A DNA stretch of 64,000 bases from the NCBI GenBank assembly GCA_973895155.1, contig OZ316896.1, forward strand, positions 21,148,152-21,212,151, written 5' to 3'. The notes under the pieces are model-generated. The model was not told the origin of the DNA, ran no database searches, and saw only the letters and a program-made list of their open reading frames with translations. The position numbers were made by a program, and so were the translations under genes. Source of the DNA: Marsupella aquatica. Lineage: Eukaryota; Plantae; Marchantiophyta. Of the stretch, positions 35,517 through 48,487 are shown piece by piece (within the stretch, counting starts at the first letter, position 1; each line of letters starts with the position of its first letter).

Positions 35517-38500
35517 TATCATGCCACCCGGCGAGCTGCTACAGACGAGCTCTCTCCCGTTGAATCGCTCTTTCCTCCCTCGGCGTAGGTTCAGTCATTA
35601 CCTACGCTTCCTTCCTAACTTCATATCTCACGGCTTAAGAAATGCCCCCTCTATCTAGCGCCAAAAATATGGTGCGTCCCTTGCCTCCCCAAACCCAAGA
35701 AACCCCCTTGCTCAAGCCGATTCCCGCAGGTTTCGTCCTTGGCGAGGCCGTTTCTGCGGCTTAGCGGCATGGGACGCTGCTAACTCTTCTATTAACATTT
35801 TACACACATATACTGGACAGATCCTTCATTGGGTCATGAGATACTTAGCCGGCCTATTCTAGTCCCTCCCTTGTATTCCTCTCTTGGTCTTCCATTAGGT
35901 ATGTTTGGATTCCGCCACCGGAATGATCCCCAATTGGCTTGGTTAAGCCGCTAAGACCTCTCTCAGCTCGACACATCCAACTCTCACTCCCCTGCTTACT
36001 TCTATTCCTCTATTAGTTGATGTGGGCACTCTTCACACAAGTTAATGTGACACACAAATAGCAAAATGACTCCTTCTGACTGAGTTATACCATGCACTTG
36101 CCATACAAACAGTACATCTCATACACAAGCTCTGCCAACTAAGCCGTGAGGCCAACTCTATTCAGTTCTTAAGTATGAGGAAACATGAATATACACAAGG
36201 GTCATTGTATAACTAACCGAGAGCTTCTCTTACTACTTGATCTCAGCCTTGCTGGTGCAACTAGAAACTTGCTAAAGAAGAGGCCCTGAACTCCCCGCAG
36301 CCCAGGTACTTATCCTGGTTGCGGATCCGCCTGATTCCTTGCAGCGTAAGCCTAATCTACCTACTGTAATCTACCTAACTGTAATCTACCTAACTGTAAT
36401 CTACCTATGTACAGCGAGGCAGGAGCACAAGTGTCGTCCACACCCGTGGATCCGAAATCTCACTAATCTAAGTGTCAGGGCCGTCTCTTGGTCCTGATTC
36501 TAAGTCTAAACTTGGAGATCAGTGCCCGCCCTGCCCACTCACGCCTCCTACCTCCACGTCCGCCCTCCTTAAAAGGGACGATGCCCTTACACCGTCACGA
36601 CACCGGTGGCTGGTCCTCAATGGACGCCCCCAACGCTTCCTCCGCAACCATTGCCGTTGGTCCGTCCTCTGATAGATTACCTGCCCCTAACCGAGTCAAC
36701 TCTTCATCGGCCTGACTGGGTCCCCCCTCGGCTTTGGCCTCAGCATCGGTCACGGCCTCCGCTACGGCTACGGTCTCCCCGACATGTTCTAGTGGAGGAT
36801 TTGGTACCTCGACAGCATTACTGGTTCTCCCGGCCTCGGCCTTGCCATCTCCACTTCCTAGGACAGGTGGATCCACCGCCGTGCCGATGCCGGAGGTTGG
36901 TGCCGGGTTTATCTTCTCTGTCACAACGGCTTGAGAAGCCGTATAACTCCCAGACCTAGAAGGTTTCCGCTTCTTCTTCTTCCCTATTTCGATAGCCGGT
37001 TCCTTCCCCTTGCCACTTACCTCCGGCACAGGGGTGAGTGTTTTGGCTTGTCCTGCGGCCAATACTACCCCTGGTAACTGGGTTCCCCCAATTGGAGTTG
37101 GACCTGATGAAGCCAAGCATTTAAATACTGCGGCTTGTGTCTTCAGCTGCTCCGTTTGGTTGTCGGCCCGCCACTGTAGGTTCTCCATCTTCCTCGTGAT
37201 TTCCTCCAACTCCTCCTAGGTCTCGTCCAGGTCCTTGCCTCCTCCAGCTCTTTATTGGCTTCCTCCAATTCTTTTTTCAAGGTAGCCCTCTCCTCCTGGG
37301 TTGCTCTTAGCTCCTTGTCGAGCTCCGCTACGACCACATACTCCATCTTATTCATCTTGGCATAAGTTTGGTCGAGCTGGTCGTCCTTTTCACGCAGGTC
37401 GGCCTTGAAGCTGGCCGTCAGGGACGCAAGCTCCTACTGCAGCGCAATAATCCCTTGATAGGATTTCCCTAACTCTGCTTCCTTCTGTTCAAGGGCTCCG
37501 TGGATATCTTTGAGCTCTCCTTTCAACGCCCTCTCCCTTCTCTGAGTCTCTGCCATGGTCCGGTTGTTGGCGGTTAAATGGGCCTCCTCTGCGTCCCTTA
37601 GCTCTCGCTTCCATTTCTCTCTTTCTTTGACTGCGCCGGCCAACTCTCCTTGGGTCCGAGTCAATTTATCTTTGATAATCTGATTGTCAGACTAAGCGGT
37701 ATCCAATTGCCCCTGCATGATGTTTAGCTCATGCCGCTTAATCCGCAACTCATCTTGGGCTTTCTTGGCCACCTTCAGGTCTTCCACCTCGGCTTCCATC
37801 TCCCTAAGCCGCCGGATGACCTTGTCCTTCTTGCTTCTCTCCAAAGCCACCGCTTCTTCTAATCGGTGCTTTTCCAACATCCCCCTCTAGAAAAAGGGTC
37901 CCTGCTCCAACTCCTCCCCAAAGATGCTGAGCGCTAGGTCCCCACACATCTCCCCGTACTCCATGGCTCTATCCTTAGCATAGGTGGAGTAACTAGAAGT
38001 CATCGGCATCAACCACCGCGGCCTCTGCTCCCAAGCCGTATTGCGGATTTCTTCTATGGTGGCAAGAGGGTTGCTTCTTTTTTTGGCAAGCCGCCTGATG
38101 TCCTCCGGCCAATCTCCTCATGGTAAATCCTTCTCCCTAGCCAGGGCTGCTCTCTCTTCCTCCCTAAGTCGCTCCTGAAATTCTTGTGCCGTCTGCTTTA
38201 TGCCGTCAAAGCTTGGGGGAGCAACCTCTTGCGGGGGAGACTCGGGGTTACTCTGTTGGGTGGGGTCCCCTCGAACTACTCTTGGAAGCGTGGGGATAAA
38301 TCGGCCACAGGTCCTTACTCCTGGAACATGATGATCCGACCCATAGCCGGAGTTATCATTGCTGTAGTCCTCCACCGCCTCCTCCACTACTTGGACTCCC
38401 GGCTCCTCTGCCTCTGATTTGGGGCTTGAGGCTCCCACGTACATTTGCACTCCCGGCTTGTGTTTTGGCCTCAATCTCTCCTTGGTTCCGGTAAAGGGGT

Positions 38501-40288
38501 CTTCCCTTCTGAGTCGGCTTAGGTCGACTTCTGAGGCAACGTCCTGTATCGGTGCCGTTGCCGGAACCGTTCTCTTTTCCTTCTCCAGCAATTTTAGCAG
38601 ATTTTGCATGCCTGGTTGCTGCATCGGCAAGTCTTCTTTCCTTGGCCTAAACACGTGCTTGATCGTTGGACTGTCGGGCTGGTTAGGCTTCTCTAGTGCC
38701 GGCCTCTGCTCCGGGACCTCCTCCGGTGCCCTTGCTGATAGGGGAAGTACTGGGGCAAAGATTTGACTTCTGGCATATCGGCACAACAGCGGCATGTGAT
38801 AGCCAAGCCGGGGCACGCTTCCCGCGCCAATCACCTGTTGTTCCTCCTTCAAGATCTTCTTCAGTTGGTTGAGGAGGTACCCATTGTAATCCCGGCTTGG
38901 GTTTGGCCTTTCTGCCAGGTAGACCTGAGCCTTGCCGATCTCTGCCCTCGGCAAGTTACAGTGCATGGTCACCCGCAAGAAATCGATCATCTCTTCGATG
39001 TGCGGGTTGGTGCAGGTATTCCGGAAGAAGCCATTCTTCATTGATGGTCCTGGGAACGACCAGAACTCCTTGTCAAGTAAGGTCTTCCTGGTATCAACCT
39101 TGGTCTTATTACCCATCGGCAAGCCAAACACCTCGGCAATCACCCGGGGAGTGAGATAGAAATCCTTCCCATACACCCTCGTGGAATTGGTCTCGGGTTC
39201 CCATGATCCCACAAATTCTAATAAGTCTGAGTCCGGCACCTTCGGATTCAGCCATGGTAACCTTACAAAGGCTTCCAAGCTGGATCCGGCCATGAAGCCT
39301 TGGTACTTCTTGGTCTGCATGGCCGTAAAGCATGCATCCTCCTCCCGTGCAAGTGTAATTGCACTTCCTTCGGTAGGGTCGCCGCCCAGCCTTTCCAGGT
39401 GTCATCGTTTGTTGGAATGGCATTGATGGGATCGACCTCTTCCTCATCGGCTTCTCCCCTTGTCCTGCTCTGCTGCTCTGCTGGCTTTCTAGGTGCCGCC
39501 GACCTCGTTCTTTTTGCCAGGGTGGCCTCTTTGTTGTTGTTTCCTTTCCTCTTCATCTCGGCTGCCGTGGATGTTTCTCCTAGCAAGGTTGCCTTCGTCC
39601 ACCCCTCCGTGTTACCCTTCAACTCCCAGTGTAGGTGGTTGCAGCAATTGATGGCTTCCCGGATGCCGACGATTATGTTTTCGCAAAATAGAAGGTCGTC
39701 GAGCTGATTGGCAGTAGGAGTCCACAAGAACTTGGCCTTGATAAGTTCTCCTCCTAAGAAATCCGTCTTCTGCAGTTCCCAGAGCTGAGCGAGCTCCTGC
39801 CATTCTCGAGCTGCTCTCTCCGATTGTTCGTCCTCGTAAGTCCTGACGTACTTACTTGCCCGTTCGAACAGGCATCCCCAAAAATGTGCCGCTTGATTGA
39901 CGTTGCTCATACCCTCCTTGAGTCGATTGTTGGTATCTGTTCCCACCCCGAGCGCTTGCCTAAGCAACTGACAGCATTTGGCCTCCCGTAGTTGTCTGCC
40001 CAGTTCGTCCTTGCAAATGAGCCACTATTCCTCGCGAGCGATCCTTACCCCTCTCCTCTTCTGGTCTTCCCTCCCGTTGGTCACCCCTAGCCGCCGACGC
40101 TTAGCGCGCCCTAACCTTAATCGTGTTCTCTCCCCCGATGTCCTTACTTCCGGCCTCGGCCCGGGTTCCATAGTCACCCTTAATTGTTTATATTTTCCTT
40201 GTTTTTTGTTCCTATACTAAGGTGTTTCCAGGGTACACTCCTGCTTTACCATGTAAACCGGCCTAGTGATTCCTGGCTAGGCATCACA
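35517..40288 (-). mobile_element. Unit Y: ~4.8-kb LTR-like gene-bearing element related to family X
   Basis: Ends TATCATGCC (likely decayed TGTCATGCC) and GGCATCACA. Left end coincides with truncation of the integrase fragment. One long antisense ORF with TATAAA on that strand at about 40190. Flanking 5-mers do not match (CTGTG/GGATG). Confidence 0.5.
36470..39967 (-). pseudogene. Unit Y protein (>1100 codons): plant-transposon/PMD-like domain plus long coiled coil
   Basis: LPWLNP....LLEFVGSWE....TRVYGKDFYLTPRVIAEVFGLP...SFP....KNGF..TCTNP.IEE..DFLR..MH...PRAEIGKAQV aligns by eye with the family X domain. E/K/R-rich heptad region at 37100-38100. Several stops and frameshifts. Confidence 0.8.
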
Positions 40289-41672
40289 GGATGGCTGGGA
40301 AGTGGGAGCATTGTTGTCAACTCTTTTGCTTGATCATGGTGACCGCGGCTCTGGGCTGATCTGAATGAACGATGCCCTCTTATGATGCACTTGGGCTTGT
40401 GTTGGTGATTGATGTTCCCTCTCCCACTGTTTTGTGGGCGGGGTGCCGCATGTTATGCGCTGGTTGCGTGTGTCTGTGCGTTGTGTGTTCGGCTTTGTTT
40501 TATGTCGCTTGGTCTGGCCTTTTGGTCTTTCTGTTTGCCCTCCCCGTGGGGCTTTTCATGGGGGAACCAAAAATTATTAAAATGTTCCCATTCCAAGGAA
40601 ATGTCGGACCCGCTGTTAGTCCCACCTGCTCCCAATGCTGCAATTAACCCCGCTAAGAAACTTGTTGCAAATGTCAAGGCACCCCCCGTAGAGGCTACAT
40701 CTTCTGAGATTATACTTTTTGGTAGCATTGGAGGCGTGGATGCCGATCCTTGCTCAATGGTGACTATTTGGGAGATTGAGGAGGCATCTGTTGATACAGT
40801 TCCTTGCAACCCCTCTTTGCTTCTACTAGCATGCAATACTGAATTCCCGAGAGTCATCCATGAGCTTCAAAATTTGAAGCTGCCTCTGGGACTCATTTGT
40901 GTCCTCTACCCTGGGCTCTTTGTCGTAACTAATATGTGGAGGACGTGCGAACGCTCGAAGGGTAGTTTTTTAAAATTTTTAACTAATAATTATAATTATT
41001 ACCGATAATAAGGGAGCTTTTAATAGTAAAATGGAAATAACAAGGGGTAAACAAGAAAAGGGCCCGATCATAGGGGTCCACTTCTTTTACATAGAGTGAG
41101 GGCCCAAGGGTCCTCTACCTTTGACTCCCATCCCTGATTTGACCCCAAATTCAAGTGCTCCTATTGCGGAGATTTTGGTACCGTCTTCCCATGGTGAAGC
41201 TGAGGATTTAAATGTCATGGAAGAAGAATTGTCGCCCTCTGATATACCTTCTGATATGGAATTATCAGAGTACGAAGACATTGTCTCATGCTTTGCCATT
41301 AAGAAAGACTGAGCAAGGAAATTGGCTCGGCTTTCCCCCCTGAAGATAAAAAGAAGGATAAGGGCAAGAAAAAAGCCTGAAAACAACGCTCCTTACATTT
41401 TGCTTCGGATTCTAAATTGCAGGATGCAGCTGGTTGGGTTACACCTGAGAGGAGACTCTCTCGGGAATCCAAGAAGCTATCCACGGCTATGCTGAAGGAA
41501 TTGGTGCTGCCTCAGTGACTTTTGAGGCTCTATCTGCGTACTCAATTCAAAGTCCTCCCCTCGTCCCGACCTTGCTGATGCTGGGACCTGCAGAGTCCCC
41601 GCCACTCCTTTATGATGATGCTCTGGTCGCTCTCTCTAAGGAGGGAGCTGAGGTGATGGATTTACTAGGAGA

Positions 41673-43544
41673 ATGGGTATTTTCCATTTTGCCTCTTGGA
41701 ACGTCTGTGGTCTTTGCAATCTAGATCGGAAACATGTTGTACTCAAGTGGGCCTCCTCTCTACGTCCTCCCCTTGATGTGCTGGCCCTTCAGGAGATTAA
41801 GGTGGAGGCTTTCAGACTGGACATTGTGCTACAAACAATTCTACCTTCTTTTCAGCACTTTTACTCCGCCCCTAATGAGGGCAGGGGCGGAACGGCTATT
41901 TTAATCCATCCTTCTTTCAAGGTGACCTCATCTGGACTCCTTGATGGTGGTAGGGCGGTGTGGATCCAGATGGAGCATGCGGAGGGCAATTTTGGATTGG
42001 TAAGTTTGTATGCGCCTAATTCATCTGGAGAAAGATTGCTGCTGTGGAATGATTTGCTCAATGCTTTACCGCAAGACTGCTGGATTATCTGTGGTGATTT
42101 CAATATGACCAAGAGGGGTGAAAACTCCACTGGCGCTTCCCCTCTTATCTGTGGCCATGAGCTTGAGTTCTGGCAGTTTCTTAAAACTAAGTTTGACCTC
42201 TTGGATGTTATCTCCATTTTGGGCTAGGTAACTGGTGCATCCTTTACCTAGCGCAGGGTCCGGAATGGTAGATTATTTCAGTCCAGGCTTGACCTGTTTT
42301 ACTTTAGCGATGAAGGGAGATGGACTGCTGAGATTGTGGATCTCACTCATGACGGGTCCTCGGCGCTCTCTGATCATGATCCTGTACTCATTACCTTCCG
42401 TCTGATTCCCCTACCCCATTTGGCCTCTAACAAGAAGAGAGCTACTTATTTTAAGGCAAACCCCTCTGTTCTTCGAAAGGCTAAGAACCTGAATCTTTTA
42501 GAGGCTGCCTGGCGGGGTGATGGTGTGCCATCTGCGGATCCTCATTTACGTTTTGCCAATGCATTCCAAAGATTTTGGAAGTGCTTTATGGAGTTGCAAT
42601 CTTTGCCGGTGCCCCGGGAGGAAGAGCTGGCGATCCTCAGGAACAAACTTTGCCTCCTCAAAATCTCTATCATGGACGAGTATGCTCTGAATGATTTGCA
42701 GGAATTTGCCTATACTGATAACTGTGTTCGCAAAATGGAACTTGAGAATGCACATCACTACAGGCGGCTGTCCCGGATCAACTGGCTTGGCCAGGGTGAG
42801 GAACCTTCCAAGTTCTACTTCTCCTTTGCATGGTCAAAGCAAAATGTCTGAGAGAGACAATGGAGTACCTAATTGGAGATGATGGTTCAGAGATTCATGA
42901 CGAAAATCTGATCATCAAAGAGGTTCAAAATTTCTATGAGGTGCTGTATTCTCCACAGGAACTCAATGCTAAGGAGCTTTTGGCAATGCGTGCTGCTAGA
43001 CGAAAACTCTGCGAGCACACCCATTTTCCCCCCTCTGCCACTGAGAACCACCGATTGGAAGCTTTACCCACTACATGACACCCTACTATTGCTACCCAAT
43101 GATAAAGCACCGGGGGTAGATGGTATGACTGCTGAAGTTCTACGTGCCTGTTGGGATTTTGTGAAAGCTGATCTATATGACATGATCTGCAACTTTTGGA
43201 GGACTGGTCACATTTCCTATGGGATCAAAGATGGCATGATCCATTTTATCCCCAAGAAGATTGACAAGCGTCGTTTGTGCGTCTGGAGGCCGTTGACCAT
43301 GCTAACGACCACATACAAGATTTTGGTGAAGCTACTTGCCCTGCGATTGAAGGTGCTACTACCCCGAATGATTAGTCCACAGCAAACAGGTTTCATTCCT
43401 GGACGTCATATACTGGAAAATATCTCACTAACGTGGTTGACACACGACTGGATTGAGTTCACGCAGACTCCGTCTCTCTTTTTGCAGCTTGACTTTGAGA
43501 AAGCTTTTGACAGGGTCGATCATCTCTATATCTGGGAAACTATG
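41673..43544 (+). pseudogene. LINE ORF2 5' part: APE endonuclease and start of reverse transcriptase
   Basis: ASWNVCGL, LALQEIK, SLYAPN, ICGDFN, SDHDPV, KAPGVDG, WRPLTML, QTGFIPGR and LDFEKAFDRVDH. Confidence 0.95.
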
Positions 43545-44173
43545 GGCCAAAAGCAAGCTAGAGGGGGTCTAATTTGAGCAAAATAATACCCCTCCTAATA
43601 CCACCCCTACAACAAAGCTCATAGTATAGTTAGTACTACAAGTCATGTAATGATGAGGGAGGAGGTTGTCGCAAGTACAATCACGTTGGAGGGAGGAAGG
43701 GCCGAAAAGACATTACTACCGTAACCTCCTATCATTTCAAAATTAGAAAGGTCAGCAAATCCGGACCGTGCCGTGGTGGCAATCAAGATCAATGGTGGTG
43801 GTTGAGGGAGTAGCATTGTTGGATCTTGACCCTTCCTGCTAGAAGGATGATCCAAACCGTAGCATTGCCTGCAATCAAGGGAGACCTGGGCGCAAAGTGC
43901 GCACTTCCTTTCTATTTCCTTTTTGTCGCGTTGAATCAACTTTCACGATGCGTACTCCAGTTTGAATGTTGCGCAATGTGCCAGTTGGAGAAGACCGCAA
44001 CATTGTGATCCTTGATTAGGTAGCAGGGGAGGGAATGCGGGAGGGAATGACATTGCATTTTGGCGCAGGAAGTTGCTTTTAGTCGAGGGCTGCAAGCATT
44101 TGAATCTCTGGAAATTTTTGCATTCTCGTTTGCGTTGTGGAGATTGAAGAGTTACAGGACCTGAGCTACAATT

Positions 44174-47028
44174 TTGAAAGTTGAGGACATTCGGAAAGTT
44201 GCTCTGATTGTTTTCTTCCCCACTTGTTTAATATTGAATGTCTTCTATGATCTAGGCCACGCATTAGGCACACATTCAATCTTTTCAAATAAGATGACAT
44301 TGAACTCACATTCTTGTGTTGTAATTCAGGCGCAAGGCACTGGAAGGGACGAGTCAGACTCTGGAGTAACGTGCTTTCAAGGGACTCAGGCGGAGTCGCA
44401 TAGCGCAGGTTTGCGCCCAAATAGTTTGTTGCCAACGCTTGGAGCGAGCAGCTGGGAGAACTCAAGCTACATAGCAGGTATGTCTTCTGAAATGCCTGGA
44501 AAGTCCACGAGTCACAAGCTACCACCGAAATCACACGGTGAGAGTCTTGTAAAGGTCCCCTCATCAGAAGAGTGGACAGTTGATGAGTTTGTGAAGGACA
44601 TCGATCATTTCCACAATGTCCTTGGCTTGCCCAATGTGGGAAGCATTCCGAAGGAGCTCACAAGTGAAGACGTGTCCGCTGAGGTGTTGGAGGAGTATTT
44701 TGGGAACAAGTCTGGGAAGAACGGCTACAAGAAGGATGGCGTTAAGGGGATTCCTGCCGACGACATCGCCATGCTTACTTGTGCGCTGGACGGAATCGGA
44801 AAGTTTCAACCATACACTGTGGAGGTTGCCAAAGGTTTGTACTATGAGCGGATCTTAAAAAGACCTGTGAATTGGGCAGCTTGTGGTGCAGACAAGCATA
44901 GAGGGCAGCTTCGGTTGAGGTTTGTAAGGAAGTCTCCAATCGATAGAAACTCGCCACCGTGGAAGAGGATTGAGACAAAGTATATCCCTCCTCTAGACCT
45001 CTTCAATAGAATACAGTCCGTTGCGAGTGGAGCACATTGTGAATCACCTGGGGAGGAGAAACTGGCAAACCTAGAGCTCAAGTCACCCGAAGCCTCGGGT
45101 CCTCATTCGAGTAGTCAAAACTTCCCGCAAAACATGAACCAATTGCAGCAAGATACAATATCTCCAGGTACGGTGTTAGGACTAGAGGCAAATGAGCAAG
45201 AGCAAGGTGAGTCCCTTTCTCAGGTAGGTGGTCCGAATCATGAAATGTCACCAGAAAATAGTTTCATAGGTTTTCCAGAAGCTCAAACCAAAAAACTTTG
45301 CACTGGAGTCACTACTGGCACGCCAGTTCCACACCAGAAGAATACACTTCTTGAAACAATGTTGGAGGTAGTGGAGGCTAGTCTTGCAGAGCTTGGCCCT
45401 GAAATGCAGAAGTCTACACAAGATGCCATTCAATTCACAGCAGCTCAGAATGAGGCTACTGATCGAATCAACTCAATTCAAACGACATTGTCAAGGTTGA
45501 AAGTGCAAAAGAATGAACTCACTAATATCATCCACGACGTACAGCAACGCATCCATGCTCAGGTCAAAGAGCAAGCTCAAGTATCTGAGGATCTTGAACT
45601 GCTGCAAGATCCTGACGAAGAGCATTCTAAAGACGAGGTAAATGATCTCATTTTGTTTAAAGCTACATTTGTTTTCATATTATCTTTGTTGAATGTGATT
45701 TTCAGTTGCTTATAACAATCCTGTTGTGTTGGCCGGGACTTGTGCAAGCACTTTGCAAAGGGTTGCGAGAAAAATATGTCTCGTGTTGCAATGAAACAAA
45801 TATACTGCAAGCAAACTTGGCTGCTTCAAAGCAGAAGTGCATTGATGTAGTCGCAGATGCTCAAGTTCTTATGAAAGAGTTGAATAAGTTGGATGAGGAA
45901 CAGGAGTATGGGAAACAGACCTTGCACAAGCTAGATCATATAGCATACAAATTGACAAAGTCCTATGATGCTCTCAATCTAGAGTGCGCAAGACTAAAGG
46001 AGCACTTGAATACCTCTCATGCAATTTATGTATGCCCTATTAGTATCATTTGTCCTGCGCAGACAGAGGAGGCTTATTTTCCCATAAGCGAATGCCCTGT
46101 TTGCTCTCTTGGCTTCTTTTGTAACAATTGGATTCCCACATCATGTGGACATTGCTATCATCCAAGTTGTTTGTTCCCGTTGCTTCGAAACGGTGACAGT
46201 AAACCTCCTAAGTGTTTAGCCTGTGCTGAAGTGTTTCATCCAGCCTGGCTGAAGTGCTGGGGTTCATCCCGAGTGGACCATCCAGATGTAGTGAAGCTAG
46301 CAGATGATTGGGGTTTGGAAGAACAATCTATCTCTTTTCAAAAGAGCCTTAGTGATCTGTATTGCAAGAATGCCTTGAATTTAAAGGGAAGGAGGGAGAA
46401 TCAAGCCTTGAAGCATAAGAAAGTGACCAAGTTATATTCAAAGGTATATCACTAAACCTGGTCACTCGAGTTGTTGGCATAGTATGATCTGGCTTTGTCG
46501 TACATTGGTATTAGCAGGGATATTGGTCAATTGCTAATTGTGGGATATTGTTTTGCGCTGCAGGAAAGTGTGAAGAAGTCTATCGAATATCATGAGGCTG
46601 TTGGTAAAGCTGCACATGTACACCATGAGTTGTTGAGGGTCTCAAAAGTTGACATCAAGTCAGTTCCTACTCTAGTTCAAATGCAGACTTCAGCCCCGGA
46701 GTCCAAGGGTGAGGTGAATCTCTCAATTGTGAAGGTCGAAAAGGGTGCTGCTCCAGAACCTGGTTCGGTCACTCAGGTGGAGAATGTCTCTAATGACTCT
46801 GAGCCTGGCTCTGAGTCTTGTAAGGGGAGTAGCAAAAAGCGAAAGGCCGAGGAGAAGAATGGCACAAGCTCCTCTCAAGCTAAGGGGAAGTTAAGGGGTG
46901 CTGCTATCAGTCTAGGATTGGATCCTGCTCATGACAAGGGTGGTAATGTTGCCTTAAAGTCAGTTGAAAAGGTTAAACCACCTGTCAAAGGACGAGGAAG
47001 AGGTCGTGGATCAGCTAGGAAATTGTAA
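44174..47028 (+). CDS. Cargo gene: plant-transposon/PMD-like domain, coiled coil, RING-H2 finger and basic tail; introns at about 45638-45705 and 46444-46563; true start uncertain
   Basis: RING C3H2C3 CPVC..SCGHCYHPSC..CLAC. N-terminal VLGLP..G....EEYFG.K.GKNGY....RPVNWA. Splice sites GAG|GTAAAT, TTTTCAG|, AAG|GTATAT and CTGCAG| keep the frame. Confidence 0.8.
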
Positions 47029-47349
47029 TAGGTGAGGCTGGGTAATTTAAATAGGACTACTATGTTGACATTGTCGTCTGCCTCTGAGCATTCATGAACC
47101 CTAGATGTCTGTCTAGATACCCAATGTGGATGCATCGATGGTAAATTTTCTTACTCTCCTATTGCTCATCCTTTGTACCAGTCAATTTCTATGTATTGTC
47201 ACAGGTTTATTTGGTTTAGGGTTCACTCACTTCATACATGCATATTATGTAGATTTGAATACTCACTTTACATGCACTACCAGACTCAGGTAATTTCTCT
47301 GGCTGTGCTTTCATGTCACAGAGTATTTACCTGGTACCTGTGATTGTTA

Positions 47350-47730
47350 CTCTAATACTAAGTATTAGTTTAGTACCTTCGGGTATTAGTCTAATACAAT
47401 AAGGTATTACTGTAAGAGTTTCAGGTGTTAGTCAATTCCTGGTATTTTCATAATACCTCAAGTACTATTATCTCAATACCGTTGAGTTTTATCTCAATAC
47501 CATTGAGTATTATCATAATACCATTGAGTATTATCACAATACCGTGTATTATTATCATAATACCTTGTAGTATTGTCACAATACCTTGTAGTATTGTCAC
47601 AATACCGTGTAGTATTATGTAAATACCTTGTAGTATTATGTAAATACCTTTGAGTATTATGTAAGTTACGCGTTTGAGTATTGTTTCAAATTCCTGCGAG
47701 TATTAGTTCAATACCTTTGAGTAGTAGTGT
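47350..47730. repeat. ~21-bp degenerate tandem repeat (AGTATTATCACAATACCTTG)
   Basis: About 12 or more imperfect units. Confidence 0.85.
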
Positions 47731-47863
47731 AATCCCTTGAGGATTGTGTGTCATGTTGTGGTAGTGCAAGCAAGGTTTTGTCATTGAATATCCATCGGGA
47801 ATCCTTGAGTATTGATTTGAGTATTGGACTTGTAGTTTTGCAGGATCTTGTTGACGCAGAAGA

Positions 47864-48487
47864 ATGGGGACTCCTGTAACAGAAGTTGAGCAGGTCGTGG
47901 AAGCAGGGCAGTCTGCTTCATTTCGAGATGTCGTGGTTCATATTGTGAACTTTCATTCAACCTTCCCCCATCCTCGGCGCTTTATTTATAAAGCATGCTC
48001 ACATCGGCTAGGACATGGAGGCATTTGTGGCACATCAAAGGAGCTCGGCCGGCAGGTGTGTGGCCATGCAGGGGAGGGTGTTGATACATATGGTTTTGAA
48101 GTTGTGATTGTTGATGCGGTGTTTAAGCAGGCAACCCCCATTCGTGCTGAGATTCGGGATAGCGCTTCAGTCTGGTTGGGGCTAGGAGCTTCAGACCTAC
48201 GAGCTTGCACCGAACAGGAGCAGATGGACTACATCCGGGCTGTTGCCTTGCAGTGTCGAAGGTGCTCAGTGGCCTTGGCTGCAAAAGATGGGGTACTATC
48301 AGTGGAAATTTTGTCTCTCCTTGGGGTTCCTACCCATAGTTGGGTCCCCTGGCCTCTCACTGTGACAGTTTCTAGATCCCACCCAAGGTCCACCAATGTG
48401 GAACGATCCCTTGTACCAAGAGGATCTCTCCTTTTGGACCAATTGGAGGGTATTTTAGTCGCACTTCGCCATCAAGGTTTAGATTAG
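47864..48487 (+). CDS. RPA1 C-terminal-like Zn-containing OB-fold protein (cargo)
   Basis: FIYKACSH.....ICG........CGH......YGFEVVIVD.........IRDSASVWLGLGASDL follows the Rep_fac-A_C pattern YxAC..C....C....Y.l...i.D....A..lLG..A.el. Confidence 0.6.
   Translation: MGTPVTEVEQVVEAGQSASFRDVVVHIVNFHSTFPHPRRFIYKACSHRLGHGGICGTSKELGRQVCGHAGEGVDTYGFEVVIVDAVFKQATPIRAEIRDSASVWLGLGASDLRACTEQEQMDYIRAVALQCRRCSVALAAKDGVLSVEILSLLGVPTHSWVPWPLTVTVSRSHPRSTNVERSLVPRGSLLLDQLEGILVALRHQGLD

Noticed and set aside
33467-39707. Numerous plus-strand ORFs over units X and Y
   Set aside because: Antisense shadows of the GC-rich minus-strand genes, with no motifs.
40289-40315. Polypurine tract followed by a TG LTR start
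   Set aside because: The tract is interrupted by pyrimidines, the following sequence has no LTR partner, and it runs into LINE sequence.
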